This document shows positions 45,964 to 61,069 of a stretch of DNA of 64,000 nucleotides, piece by piece. Origin of the DNA: Eledone cirrhosa (Eukaryota). The translations under genes and the position numbers were made by a program. The stretch lies in NCBI GenBank assembly GCA_964016885.1, contig OZ024741.1:104222001-104286000 (forward strand). Direction: 5' to 3'. The number at the start of each line of letters is the position of its first letter. Positions within the stretch are counted from its first letter, which is position 1. Under the pieces are notes generated by a model. The model did not search any database and was not told where the DNA came from. It saw nothing but the letters and a program-made list of their open reading frames with translations.

Positions 45964-46651
45964 ATACCTTCCTGCCAGATGGTTGAACGTCTGAAAGTAT
46001 ATACTTTCCTTATGCATATTAACGGCTGAGCAGCCTAATTTGCATATCGAGTGAGTTCAGTCGGTCGGGCACACTGAAAACGATAAATGGAATAGAATGA
46101 AACGAAATTTCATTTCTCACTCTTAGTACGGCAGTTACTTAAATGTAAGTATGTATGTATGTATACGTACATACATATATGTATACAGACGTACAGTAGT
46201 ATGTTTTGAAGCTATATGATATATGCAAGGAATATTACTTATAAATCATTATATCAAGAATATCCTACCAAGAATATAAATAATAGCAGAGAGCATGCAA
46301 TAAGGTGAGATAATTATGTAGTGATAGCATACATACATTATATATTATAAGCATTATAAGATGTATTAGTTATAGGCAAAGATATTTATGCAAACAGTTT
46401 TATAAAGTTTATGTAGAAAATGTTAATATCTATAGTTGTGACGTGTGTAAGCGATAAGTATAGAATTGTACAATTCAAACAAATATATAAAACAAACACT
46501 TAATTGAAAGGTATGGATTTTAAGGTCCTTCGTTGATGTTGTGATGACAATTGTAGCACTAATTTGATGTCGTTGTTGCTGTGTCATAATTGGTGTTTCG
46601 ACATTATCATTTATAAACAGTGATTTATATAGATTTATGTGTATATATGTT

Positions 46652-46709
<58 letters not shown>

Positions 46710-46712
<3 letters not shown>

Positions 46713-47530
46713 CTGTCATATAAACAAGTACATATATAGAAGTCATAAACACAGGTACATATATAGCAGCCATATACATAGGTAATATATAGCAGTCACA
46801 TACATAGGTACATATATAACTGTTATATACACAGGTACATGTATAGCAGTCATATACACAGGTACATATATAGCAGTCATATACATAGGTATATATATAG
46901 CTGTTATATACACAGGTACATATAAAACTGTTATATTCACATGTATATATATAGCAGTCACATACACAGGTATATATATAGCAGTCATATACACAGGTAC
47001 ATATATAGCAGTCACATACATAGGTACATATATAGCTGTTATATTCACAGGTACATATATAGCAGTCATATACACAGTTACATATATAGCAGTCACATAC
47101 ATAGGTACATATATAGCTGTTATATTCACAGGTACATATATAGCAGTCATATACACAGGTACATATATAGCAGTCACATACATAGGTACATATATAGCTG
47201 TTATATTCACAGGTACATATATAGCAGTCATATACACAGTTACATATATAGCAGTCACATACATAGGTACATATATAGCTGTTATATTCACAGGTACATA
47301 TATAGTAGTCATATACACAGTTACATATATAGCAGTCACATACATAGGTACATATATAGCTGTTATATTCACAGGTACCTGTATAGCAGTCATATACACA
47401 GGTACATATATAGCTGTTATATTCACAGGTACCTGTATAGCAGTCATATTCACAGGTACATGTATAGCAGTCATATACACAGGTACATATATCGCTGCCT
47501 TATACACAGGTTGATATATAGCTGTCATTA
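46710..47530. repeat. 27-bp minisatellite
   Basis: unit tatatagcagtcatatacacaggtaca; gives a spurious (TAIYVPVYM)n ORF. Confidence 0.92.
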
Positions 47531-48021
47531 ATATTAGACACGTTGGACATACACATATATTCCCTGTGGGATAATTGTGTGAGTTATTGATTTGTCTCTA
47601 ATGGGTTTTAGTTGAAATGACGTCATGGTGTGTGTGTGTAGAAAATAGTTCGATATATATTATAGAGAGAAAAGAGAGAGAGAGAGGGGGGAGAAAGAAA
47701 GGAGAGAGAGTGGGGAGTATAGATGTATGTTGTCACCTTTATCGACCTTAGTAATTGACTAGTACATTATTTTATCGAATCCAAATTATATTTATACACC
47801 CACACACAGATTAGTCTTGTCTAATGATCCTGTAAGTACGTAGGTGAAACTCCAGTGTAGCATGACACATTACCTAGACATAATAAAAAACATTATAAGT
47901 GTGTGTGATTGTGTGTGTATGTGTATGTGCGCGCGAAACGTAAACGGAAAACAACGCGTGGGATCGATAGAGTACAATTCAGATATATATTAGTTTACCG
48001 TTGAGTATAGTAGGAAAAGAG

Positions 48022-48057
48022 CCTTAACGTTTCGGATGTTAGTTCTTCATCAGAAGA
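48022..48057 (-). ncRNA. Minimal hammerhead, family G, weakened stem II
   Basis: UCUU-CUGAUGA-..-GAAA-CG-UU-AAGG. Confidence 0.55.
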
Positions 48058-48182
48058 TAGAATGAGAAATAAAAGGAGTAGAACGATAGAGGAAAGTGAG
48101 AAGAGGAAGAAACGGAATTTTCTTTTCAGAAAAAAAAAACACGTGTGTTTTTATATACATAAACAAACATATATATATATAT

Positions 48183-50560
48183 AAAGCGCAATATTATAAC
48201 GAAGCGTTAGGTAGAGCTGGATATAGTAATAAAATTAAATACATTGATAATAATGATATGCCAACTAACCATAATTTTAACAACTATAATAGAAAACCTT
48301 ACAATAATTCGAAAAACAAAAAAAGAAATAGAACTAGGAATATATTATGGTTCGCTCCTCCTTTCTCATTAAGTATTAAAACTCCTATTGCTAAATTATT
48401 CTTTAAAGCTCTAGATAAATGCTTTCCTAGAACACATAGGTATTACTCAATATTTAATAGACATACTATAAAATTATCGTATTCCACCATTAGTAATTTA
48501 GCGCAGAATATTAATAGTAGAAACTTAAAACCTAACCAGAATACCATTAATAACCCCAGCAATATCCAATTTAATAATACGGCTCCTAGTAACTTAAATT
48601 TAGATAAATGTAACTGTAGAAATAAATCTAACTGTCCGCTAAATAATAATTGTTTAGTTAAAAATATAGTATATAATTGTAATGTAAAAACTAATTTAAA
48701 TTCATTTAATTATGTAGGCTCTACCTCCACAGATTTTAATAACCATAAATGCTCTTTTACGACTATTAATAAAAAATCTTCAACTTCTCTATCTAATTTA
48801 CTATGGGACCTAAAATCAAAGAACATTAACTATTCTTTACTTTGGAATATATCTCCAAAGCTCCTTCATTCAATGCTTCATCTGAAAATTGTGCTCTTTG
48901 TATAGAGGAAATATTCTTTATATTAAAAAGTAAGAATTCTGTCAATTTAAGGAATAACCTATTTAGTTCTTGTAAACATCGGTTGAATTCAACGTTTAAA
49001 TATATATATAAAATGTAATACATAACTCATCTCTTTTACATAATATCCTCTATTATTTTTACACCTATCGATAAATCATTAGATTCCTTTATATGACTGC
49101 TTATAACTAACTCTCTTAATGAAAAAAAAATTTTCTTGAAAAATTTTTCTTGATAAACGTACTGAAAAATTTCAAGAACATTTTTTGGAAATTCCTCTGA
49201 TGGGTATAAGAAAATTATAATTCATATTTTATATTGTCTATTTTATATTTCTATATTCTTATATTCTTATATTTTTCAAATGCTTAAAATATATATATAT
49301 ATCCAAATGTTTTTATATATAAGATAAACATAGTGATTTTTTATGAATATGTGGTATAACCTAAAATTTATACTTTAAATATATTCTATAAATATACTCT
49401 TATGAAAGAGTTTTTGTGCTTTATGCTTTAGATATATTCCTATGAAAATTTTAAATATTATAATTTCTATATGTTATGACGTTATAGCAAGTAAATTTAC
49501 GTTTTAACAGTTATAACTTTATAACAGGTAAATTTATGAATTTATAAATTTATGACTTACTATAAAATAACATAAAATTCATATTCTAATTACATTATTA
49601 AGATAGAAAATTTAACTTTTTAACTTCTTAACCTTATAGCATTTAATCCTTAGAATTATCTGAATTATTAATAAATCACTAATAACTTCCTTTACGCTGT
49701 ACTGCTATTATAATACAAATAAGGGATTATTCTTCTGTAAACTCTCGGAATTTTCATGGGATTAGAATTATTTGGATACTTTGAACCTACAATTTTTTAA
49801 TAATTAATAATTAATGATATATATTTTTTTAATTATAATAATAATATATATATGTTTTTGTAATAATAATATATTTTTTAATAACATATAAAAGTTTTCA
49901 ATTTTTTAATAATCTAACACACATTTAAACTACTAAATTATTAATTAAACATTTAATCAAATTTATTAATTAAACCTTAGATAAAATTCTTCAACCTATC
50001 ATTATAATGAATCCGGCTATTATTCATCCACGCTATATTCATTTCTTCGCTTCTTCTCTCCTCTCACGTAAACAAAATTACGCTAATATTCTCTCTCACT
50101 TAAATATAATCTCGTTTTACTCTCTCCCACTGGCAAAAAATGTAAATAAACAATTTCTTTTTCCCTTTCTTCTTTTTTTCTCTTTCTTTTTTCCCTCTTC
50201 CAGCGGTTTAATTTAAATATACTGTTATTTAAACCTTTCCGACACTAATTTACATACTAAACCAACAATAAATCTAATATCTCCACTATCCAGGAGACTC
50301 CAACCGTGAAGGTTGCATTTTTTCAGGGTATGTTAATATTTATTTATAAAACTAATCTATATTATATTTTATCTGATGAAAGCGCACCATAATCTGCCTT
50401 GATGGCCCTTGAAATATGTATAATGAAATAAATATGGTTTTATAAATATAGTTTCCATTTGTTAATATATTGTATATTTACTCCAATAATTTGTTGAGTG
50501 CTTTATATCAGTTATAAAAATATTTTGCTTGTTGTATCCCAACAAATTAAATATAACCTT
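48183..50560 (+). mobile_element. Penelope-like element (family 2), 3' fragment
   Basis: NILWFAPPFS, CNCRNKSNCPLNNNCL, VYNC..YVGST; terminal repeat with CUGAUGA..GAAA at about 50373-50415. Confidence 0.82.
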
Positions 50561-50561
50561 T

Positions 50562-50623
<62 letters not shown>

Positions 50624-50705
50624 GTTATTCCGAGTTGAATCGGAGGTAACCACAGTAAGTAAGGTGCTCAATACATTGCAGAGTATAACAGTTTTAATAT
50701 AGATG

Positions 50706-50756
50706 AGATTCTACAGGACTAGAACTGTTTCATTCTTTAGAAATCATCAGGAATCT
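50706..50756 (-). ncRNA. Type-I hammerhead, family A copy
   Basis: same as 7427-7475; 6-bp stem I AGAUUC/GAAUCU. Confidence 0.75.
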
Positions 50757-51522
50757 GGGTATCAAAAAATAAATATGGTATTTATAGGTCTCTTCAGGTG
50801 GTAGGAGAGGATAGGGAGTGGGATGAGTAGATGTCATTGGTTGATAGAAAAGGGAATTCATTAAAAGCTAATTCTTCAAAGCTATAGTTTATATTTAGAG
50901 TAACAAAGGCAGAAAGAATTCTATAAACAAGTTCAGAATGGAGTGCCACTCCTTATTTTTAAGTTTCTCTTAAGCTAACAATGCCTAGATTTCAGGTGTC
51001 TATAAGATCATTGGGGGTCAGTCATGGTTGATGGATTTAAAGAAAAGGGAAATTCTTTAAAAGCTAATTCTTTAAGGTTCTACTTAGTGACAAAGACCTA
51101 GAGAATTCTATAGACCAGTTCCAAATATTGAGTGCATATCATACCATTATCTTCAAACTTCTTTTAAACTATATTCCAAAAGTCAACAGACACATTCATA
51201 AACACACTCACTCACTCACACACTCGCGCGTACCCACATACACCCACACATAATACACACACACACACATATATATATATTACACACATATACATATATA
51301 TATACACATAGTCATATATACATATATATATACATATACACACATATACATATATATATATACATAGTCAGTCTCTTCTTCATACCGTGAGCAAAGAAAA
51401 TTCAAATTTTAGTGGAGCGAGTGAAATAAAGTCGACCCTGCTGCGATTCAAAAATCAGGTTTGCAGGTCTTTCTCTTTTTAGATATATATATATACACAC
51501 ATAAAACCATATAAACATATAT

Positions 51523-51577
<55 letters not shown>

Positions 51578-51636
51578 CACATATATATACACACATATAC
51601 AAATATATATATATACATATACATATATATATATAG

Positions 51637-52817
51637 AGATAATTTAATATATCAACTAACATAAGCGCACAGATGCACGCCCATGTTAGCAAATACACAG
51701 GTTATGTCATAGTACCTAGGTGGTTCAATGCAGGAGAATGCAGAACAATAATATAAAGGAGGTAAAATAAGAAAATATTTTTAAAAAAAAATTTTTTTTT
51801 AATTTTTTACTTACTTAAATTTTCACTCCAACTAATTAGTTTCTGCAATGGGATAAAGACAGTTACGTAATCCAACTGTCGAGAATTCATTGCGTCATCA
51901 GGGAGTCTATTCTCAGTTAAGTCTCCAGGCAATGCGCGGACACTGGCGACTCATATAAAAATAATAATAATTCGGTAGATCGAACAGCTTGCGAGGACTG
52001 GATTCTATGTACCGAAATTCTCACTGCTTCAAGTCAAATGGCCGATTCTAAAGAATCAATCACGTGACACAGAGGCTAGTTAGAAGGAATGGGATGGTAA
52101 GATGACTGACGCCTACTAACACCCCCCAAAAAATTTTTTTAGAAGTGGTTTTGGCAAGTTTGCTCGACAAATCAGTGATTTGGAGATAAATATAGATAAT
52201 TTAATATATCAACTAACATAAGCGCACAGATGCACACCCATGCTAGCAAATACACAGGTTATGTCATAGTACCTAGGTGGTTCAATGCAGGAGAATGCAG
52301 AACAATAATATAAAGGAGGTAAAATAAGAAAATATTTAAAAAAAAAAAATTTTTTTTAATTTTTTACTTACTTAAATTTTCACTCCAACTAATTAGTTTC
52401 TGCAATGGGATAAAGACAGTTACGTAATTCAACTGTCGAGAATTCATTGCGTCATCAGGGAGTCTATTCTCAGTTAAGTCTCCAGGCAATGCGCGGACAC
52501 TGGCGGCTCATATAAAAATAATAATAATTCGGTAGATCGAACAGCTTGCGAGGACTGGATTCTATGTACCGAAGGTCCTCGCAAGCTGTTCGATCTACCG
52601 AATTATTATTATGTTTATATGAGCCGCCAGTGTCCGCGCATTGCCTGGAGACTTAACTGAGAATAGACTCCCTGATGACGCAATGAATTCTCGACAGTTG
52701 GATTACGTAACTGTCTTTATCCCATTGCAGAAACTAATTAGTTGGAGTGAAAATTTAAGTAAGTAAAAAATTTAAAAAAAATTTTTTTTAAAAAATATTT
52801 TCTTATTTTACCTCCTT

Positions 52818-52826
<9 letters not shown>
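51637..52826 (-). mobile_element. Retrozyme-like non-autonomous PLE: tandem HHR repeats (period 557 nt) plus an inverted copy
   Basis: direct repeats 51637-52016 and 52194-52573; inverted copy 52575-52826; HHRs at 51825-51906(-), 52382-52463(-) and 52667-52748(+); TA flanks; no ORF. Confidence 0.8.
52667..52748 (+). ncRNA. Type-I hammerhead ribozyme, family H
   Basis: ACUCC-CUGAUGA-c-GCAAUG..(GACAGUU/AACUGUC)..CAUUGC-a-GAAA-CUA(au)UAG-UU-GGAGU. Confidence 0.78.
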
Positions 52827-52871
<45 letters not shown>

Positions 52872-52872
<1 letters not shown>

Positions 52873-53480
52873 CATGGTGGCTGCTAAATCGTTTTCGAGT
52901 ACGGCCACTACTTTATATCCATGTAGGAGAACTCCTACCGATGCGCTAAACGAGTGTGACATTTTAGTCCAGCCAGCGACTTGAAAACTCTGGTACAAAC
53001 ACTACACCTGTGACAATTATTGACACATAGTGCTAGGCCCATAGAACCATGTGATGACAAGTGCAGAGAGATCTCCAGATATAAAGCAATGCCTGTGCCG
53101 TGAAGCTTTTATAGTGAGCAAAGGCACTGCACAAAGCCAGTCCCACTCTCTTAACCAAGATGATATTTACCAAAAAGAAGAACAAGTCAACATCATTGGA
53201 TACCATCAGGGTTGCAGGTGTTATATCAGAGTTTTCCTTCTCCAAGAATTCTGCCTTGACAAAGGCTAAAGGGTCATCTCTCCCGGTGATTTTGGATGGC
53301 CATTGACTCTTAAGAGCTCTTTGCCCTTTGACAGGTTTTGTTTTTAGTCCTGCAGGATGTCCAAAGTCACCCTCCTCACCAAGAAACCTTGGTGGGGTTG
53401 CCGGTTTAGTCGCCAATGACCCGACCATGAGACAGGTTGTACTGGGATACATGTTACCAGTAGCACCAACTGGTGACCTG
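52872..53480 (-). mobile_element. Short RTE derivative: putative 5' end fused to the zinc-finger 3' end
   Basis: 3' part encodes [11 protein letters not shown]..; 3' fragment repeated at 53880-54058; 5' part similar to 10860-10935. Confidence 0.55.
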
Positions 53481-53597
53481 ACATACATATACACATACAT
53501 ACATATACACACATGTACACATATACACAACATATATACACATACATACAAATATACATACATATACACACACACACATATATATATATATATGTAC

Positions 53598-53630
<33 letters not shown>

Positions 53631-53685
53631 TACACATATATATACACACAAATACACACATATATACATATATACATATATAAAC

Positions 53686-53727
<42 letters not shown>

Positions 53728-54089
53728 ATACATATATATATATATACACATACACACACATACATACATACACACATACATATATATGCATACATACACA
53801 CATACATACATATACACACATATATATACATATATACACATATACACACATACACACGTATGCATATATACATATATATAGTGGCTGCCAGCTCGTTTTC
53901 GAGTACGGCCACTACTTTATATCCATGTAGGAGAACCCCTACCGATGCGTTGAACGAATGTGACTTTTTAGTCCAGCCAGCGACTTGAAAACTCTGGCAC
54001 AAAGACTACACTTGTGACCATTATTGACACATAGTGCAGGGCCCATGGTACCATGTGATACATATATATACGCACATATATATACGCAC

Positions 54090-54188
<99 letters not shown>

Positions 54189-54221
54189 TACACACATATA
54201 TATGTATATATATATATATAA

Positions 54222-54274
<53 letters not shown>

Positions 54275-54712
54275 TACATATATACACATACATACATACA
54301 TACTTACATACACATATATACACATACACACACATTCATACATACACATACATATATATATATATACACATACACACACAGACATACACACATACATATA
54401 CACACACACATATATATAAACACATACATACACATGCATAAACATATATATAAACACATATACACACATACACAAAAACATACATATACACGCAATACAA
54501 ATACACACACACACACACATGTACATATATATATATACACACATATACATATATACATATACAAACATACATACATATACATATATACATATATACATAT
54601 ATACTCACACACACATACACACACACATATATATACACATATATATACACACACATATATACATATACTCATACATATACATACATATATACACATATAT
54701 ATATATACACAC

Positions 54713-54773
<61 letters not shown>

Positions 54774-54834
54774 TACACATACACATATACATATATATAC
54801 ACATACATACATACATACATACACATACACACAT

Positions 54835-54893
<59 letters not shown>

Positions 54894-54943
54894 CATACAT
54901 ACACATATGTATACACATATATATATACAAATACATACATATA

Positions 54944-55029
<86 letters not shown>

Positions 55030-55065
55030 CACATATAAATACCATATTTATTTTTGGATACCCAG

Positions 55066-55112
55066 ATTCCTGATGATTTCTAAAGAATGAAACAGATCTA
55101 GTCCTGTAGAAT
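55066..55112 (+). ncRNA. Type-I hammerhead, family A copy
   Basis: AUUC-CUGAUGA-..-GAAA-CAG..CUG-UA-GAAU. Confidence 0.7.
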
Positions 55113-55140
55113 ATCATCTATATTAAAACTATATATATAT

Positions 55141-55560
55141 AAAGAAAAAAAGATGAAATCGAAAATGCAACTGGAGTCTTATTTTTTTTAAAAATATATA
55201 TATTTATTTGGTTCCTTTACCGGTTTCGCAGTTCTTCTGCTTTTCAAAAGTAGAGTTGAGATGGAGGGTCTGTGGTTTTTCTCAAAAAACCACAGAACCT
55301 CCATCTGAACTCTACTTTTGAAAAGCAGAAGAACTGCGAAACCGGTAAAGGAACCAAATAAATATATATATTTAAAAAAAAAATAAGACTCCAGCTGGGA
55401 GTCTGTGGTTTTTCTCAAAAAACCACAGACCCTCCATCTCAACTCTACTTTTGAAAAGCAGAAGAACTGCGAAACCGGTAAAGGAACCAAATAAATATAT
55501 ATATTTAAAAAAAAAATAAGACTCCAGTTGCATTTTCGATTTCATCTTTTTTTCTTTATA
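55141..55560 (+). mobile_element. Small HHR element (family E): inverted copy plus tandem copies 133 nt apart
   Basis: CUU-UUGAAAA-GCAG(aagaa)CUGC-GAAA-CCGG-UA-AAG at 55215-55250(-), 55315-55350(+) and 55448-55483(+). Confidence 0.7.
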
Positions 55561-55654
55561 CTTTCACTCGTGTAGGACACCTCGGTTATTTTTCATTTTG
55601 TAAAAAAAACCTCACTTTCTAATATATATGTATATATATATATATATATATATG

Positions 55655-55760
<106 letters not shown>

Positions 55761-56030
55761 CAAATATATATGTAAGTTTCTATATGTATATATACGATCA
55801 ATAGATACGATATTTTTTATGTACGCTTATGATGCGTTAATTTAACCCTTTAGCATTTAAACCGGCTGTATCTGGCTAGAATTCTCTCACTTCATTCTGT
55901 TCAAACTGGCTGTAACTGACCGCTCAATACTTTACTGATGTTAAAGTATTGTTCTCAAAATAAATAACATCAAAATCTCATAGATTCTATATTATGAGAT
56001 AATTATGTAAGATTTACCACTAAAATACAA

Positions 56031-57330
56031 TCTACTTATATATATATAACCAGCAATTTCTCTGTCTGTCTGTCCGACAGTGGAAACACGTGCGTAGAGA
56101 GAGAGTGAGAGTGGAAGAAAGAGACAGACTACGAGAGGGGGATAGCGGGAGGGAAAGAGGGAGAGAGAGAGAGTGAATAGACGCTAAAACACGTGCTATA
56201 GAAACATTACCTTCCCCTCTCCACTGACTTTGGTCACTGAGGCCGAGGGAATCGCTGGTTGCTATAGAGACACCTTGCACAAGCCAGAAGTAACCAGTTC
56301 GAGGCGGTTCTGACTTGACTCCATGCGAAGAAGGTTGCCATTGAATTTGTGGTTGTTGCTGCTGATAATAAGGACCATTTGAAGAAGGTTGCTACTGATG
56401 AGGTAATTTATTAATCAGATTGCGCAGTTCCATAACCTACGTTTGATTTGTTCAATTTTTTTCTTCAATTTTTTTATTTTTTTTTATTTTAATTTCTCAT
56501 TGAAAAAATATAAATAATAAAATAAGGTTAGAAATTTAAATACAATTAAATACGATTTAATTTCCATTTCCAGCAGCCAAGTCCAGTGTTCAATTTCATG
56601 AACAAATTGGAAATAATTTAAAAAATTGAAGTTTAACTTTTGAACATTTGTTTTGACAATAAAAAAATATTTCCTTATTCACACCTAATGGTATGATTAA
56701 AATTTCATAGGAATATTTTTTTCTAAATATTAAAAATAAATTTTTTTTTAAAAGAATGGAAGATTTTGTGGATTTTTTTACCACCTTCCAAGCCTTAAAC
56801 ACTAATTCTCGCGAATTTGTGTTTTGTAATGACCCTCAGGACGCTGCTATTGTTGGTTCCAATAGTGCCTGGTATTCGAATATGTTAGTATACAATTTTT
56901 TGAATAAAATTAAGGCGCAATTAGAGCTGCCAAACAAAATTTTTTTCGGCTTCGGCCCATATTATATATATATATAATGGGGATGATGATGATGATATAC
57001 ATAGTTACATATGTATATGTAATCTCCTTATAATATATAACCAGCAATTTCTCTGTCTGTCTGTCCGACAGTGGAAACACGTGCGCGCGTGCGAATGTTT
57101 TTTGCGCACGCGTAGAGAGAGAGAGTGAGAGTGAAAGAAAGAGACAGACTACGAGAGGGGGATAGCGGGAGGGAGAGAGGGAGAGAGAGAGAGTGAATAG
57201 ACGCTAAAACACGTGCGCGCGTGCGAATGTTTTTTGCGCACGCGTAGATAGAGAGTGAGAGTGAAAGAAAGAGACAGACTACAAGAGGGGAATAGCGGGA
57301 GGGAGAGAGGGGGGAATTGAGGAGTGCTAC
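56031..57330 (+). mobile_element. Two Helitron-like 5' ends (about 56031 and 57023) with internal tandem repeats
   Basis: tct..tatatataaccagcaatttctctgtctgtctgtcc occurs twice; no clear 3' CTAG. Confidence 0.4.
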
Positions 57331-57602
57331 AGAAACATATATACATTTCTGTGTGTGTGTAATATATATATATATACACACACAGAAATATATATATATA
57401 CACACAGAAATATATATACATTTCTGTGTGTGTAATATATATATATATACACACAGAAATATATATACATTTCTGTGTGTGTAATATTTATATATATATA
57501 TATATATACACACAGAAATATATATATATTTCTGTGTGTGTAATATATTTCTATATACACACAGAAATATATATACATTTCTGTGTGTGTAATATATATA
57601 TA
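57330..57602. repeat. Palindromic minisatellite (cacagaaatatatatacatttctgtg)
   Basis: directly visible tandem units. Confidence 0.8.
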
Positions 57603-58419
57603 TACTAGCAGAAAACCACCCGGTGGTTTCGACTTCATCCTGTAGGTCGGCCTGGACCTGTCAGTTTTCTGGGCTTCTTTGGCTTTAGGTAGTCTCAAGT
57701 TATAGATAACTAGATACTATGGGTATGTGATTAGAATGTCTCAGGAATTAATCGGTGGGCAAAACCAACCAGCAAGAGACCCACGGATAGACCCCGAGCA
57801 AGATGGTTAGATAACATTCATGACCTCAGGTGATCTCGCTTGGGGATCCAGCCGGATCAGTTGAAAACGGTTGCTTCTGACAGGATCTGCTAGAAGGAGT
57901 GTTTGAGGTCTCTGCCCTCACGGCGCTCCCAGGAATGAGTGGACGAAGAAGAAGAATACTTACTTCCCTCTCACTCTCTCTCACTATGTATATATATATA
58001 AGAAAAGAAATAGGATTTCGCTTCAAGCATAGCTTTATACAATATGTATAGAAATTTCGTATTTCGAAAGAAATACGATTTTAGGAAGCCGTAGCTATGC
58101 AAACATCGGGGGGGGGGGGTTAACGCCTTCTGGTGTTGTCCAGCAGAAGCAAGGGGGACAACCGTCTAGTCTATGCATTTCAGGCTTGACTGGCCATCGT
58201 CAGGACGGTCCCTCTGCTCTGCGACTGCTGGACTTGAAAACAGCCGAGAATATATAGTTTTCTCGTCTGTGTAAATGAGGTGATTAATCTCATTTGCATA
58301 TGAAGCTGCATAAGTTGGCTCAACTTATAATAGAAAAGAAATAAGATTCCTCTTCATACATTCGCAGAGCTACGGCTTCCTAAAATCGTATTTCTTTCGA
58401 AATACCAAATTTCTACACA

Positions 58420-59380
<961 letters not shown>

Positions 59381-60166
59381 TATAATGTAAACTATGTATT
59401 TAATGTAAAACATAAACAGGACACTGTCCCGCACTCCTCCATTTATTATGTTATGATTCTAACGCTATACAAGAAATTATCCTTCATATACCTCGTTGAT
59501 ATATGAAAGAGATTTTTTTTTGTATACAGTTTGAATCCTAATATAATAAAGAGAGGAGTGCGGTTCTGTGTCCTGTTTATATTTTATTTATCCCGTTAGT
59601 AAAATAAGTTGGATTACTTTGAATAAATAGTAAATGAATATTATATATTTTATGTACTAAATTTCGCAACTCTTAATTAAACATAAATAATATTATTGTT
59701 TATTTTAAGATACCCTTCTTTTAAAAGTTTCAAATTTCAACACTTCCGGTATCACCACTACTACCACCACAGCCACCACTTTATCTACCATATATATATA
59801 GGTGAAATATGCACACTCCACTTTACTTTTGCTCATAGCTTCGTACTTACAAGCACACACACACTCTTTTACTTACACATACACACATTTCTTCGTAGCT
59901 TCGTATAGACGTATAACACACACACACACAGACACACAGACACACAGACACACATATGCATACGCACAAGTATAGCTCTTTTTACAAAACGTTTTTTTTT
60001 CCATTTCAGGTAGATGCGCTCATCATCCACTTTTCTAAAAAAATAAATCATACCCAGCATCAACAATTTTCCAAGAGACATGAATGGACTTGTTATTTTT
60101 ATCTAAAGACATTTTTTTCCAATTACAAACCACCCGTCCTTTCAATCTATCTTATTTCTCATTCTT

Positions 60167-60202
60167 TCTTCTGATGAAGGACTAACGTTCGAAACGTTAA
60201 GA
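60167..60202 (+). ncRNA. Minimal type-I hammerhead, family G
   Basis: UCUU-CUGAUGA-a-GGAC(uaac)GUUC-GAAA-CG-UU-AAGA; palindromic AACGUU; deleted copy at about 26484-26511. Confidence 0.72.
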
Positions 60203-60283
60203 CCCTCTTCCTGCTATTTCAAGCGTTAACCTAATATATTCCTTTCATATACTGTACCGAATGTGTTGTCATTTCTGTTTACC

Positions 60284-60425
<142 letters not shown>

Positions 60426-61069
60426 TGTTATACTTGTGGAGGATCATATTGTTGTAATAATATTGCCAGAAATAATAACAGAACACACTGACTCTTTGGT
60501 TGGTTTTTGCTTCTGTATCTTTTATATCTCCCCAGTTAATTCATTTGGTCCTCAATGTTTATCATTGACTGAGCAACGGTCAAAAATACAGATACAAACA
60601 CACACACATATATATATATAGAGAGAGAGAGAGTGAAAGAGAAAGATGAAGAGATTAGAAGTTTTTCCCATATGTTGACGTGTATGTGTATGTGCATATA
60701 CGTACATTTATATGTATGAGTATATAACTATAATCGCGCAAACACAGACACACTCACGGACATACATTCACACAAATGCATATTCTTTCACACAACCACA
60801 TACATTTAACTCTTATTTTTTAACTCATTTGTTGTTACAGGTTTATTCACAGTTGTATAAAAAATATAATAATATAATATTTACAGAACGAAAACACAAA
60901 CAAATATAATATATACAAAGGGAAAGAGAAGAAAAAGAAGCAAGAGAAGATACACACACACAAGCAGATAGCACACACATGTAGGACCACATGCAACAAA
61001 AGGCAGGCGAAAGGGGTGGACAAAAGAGGCGCCACCAGAGCAAAAGATAACAAATATAGCGAGGAGCAC

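Noticed and set aside
50365-50430. Functional HHR in the PLE family 2 termini (also about 22165-22220 and 26670-26730) and PLE family 1 termini (about 11570, 12700, 24360)
   Set aside because: Core and stem II are present but stem I pairing is poor, so they are noted only as HHR-like and not called as ribozymes.
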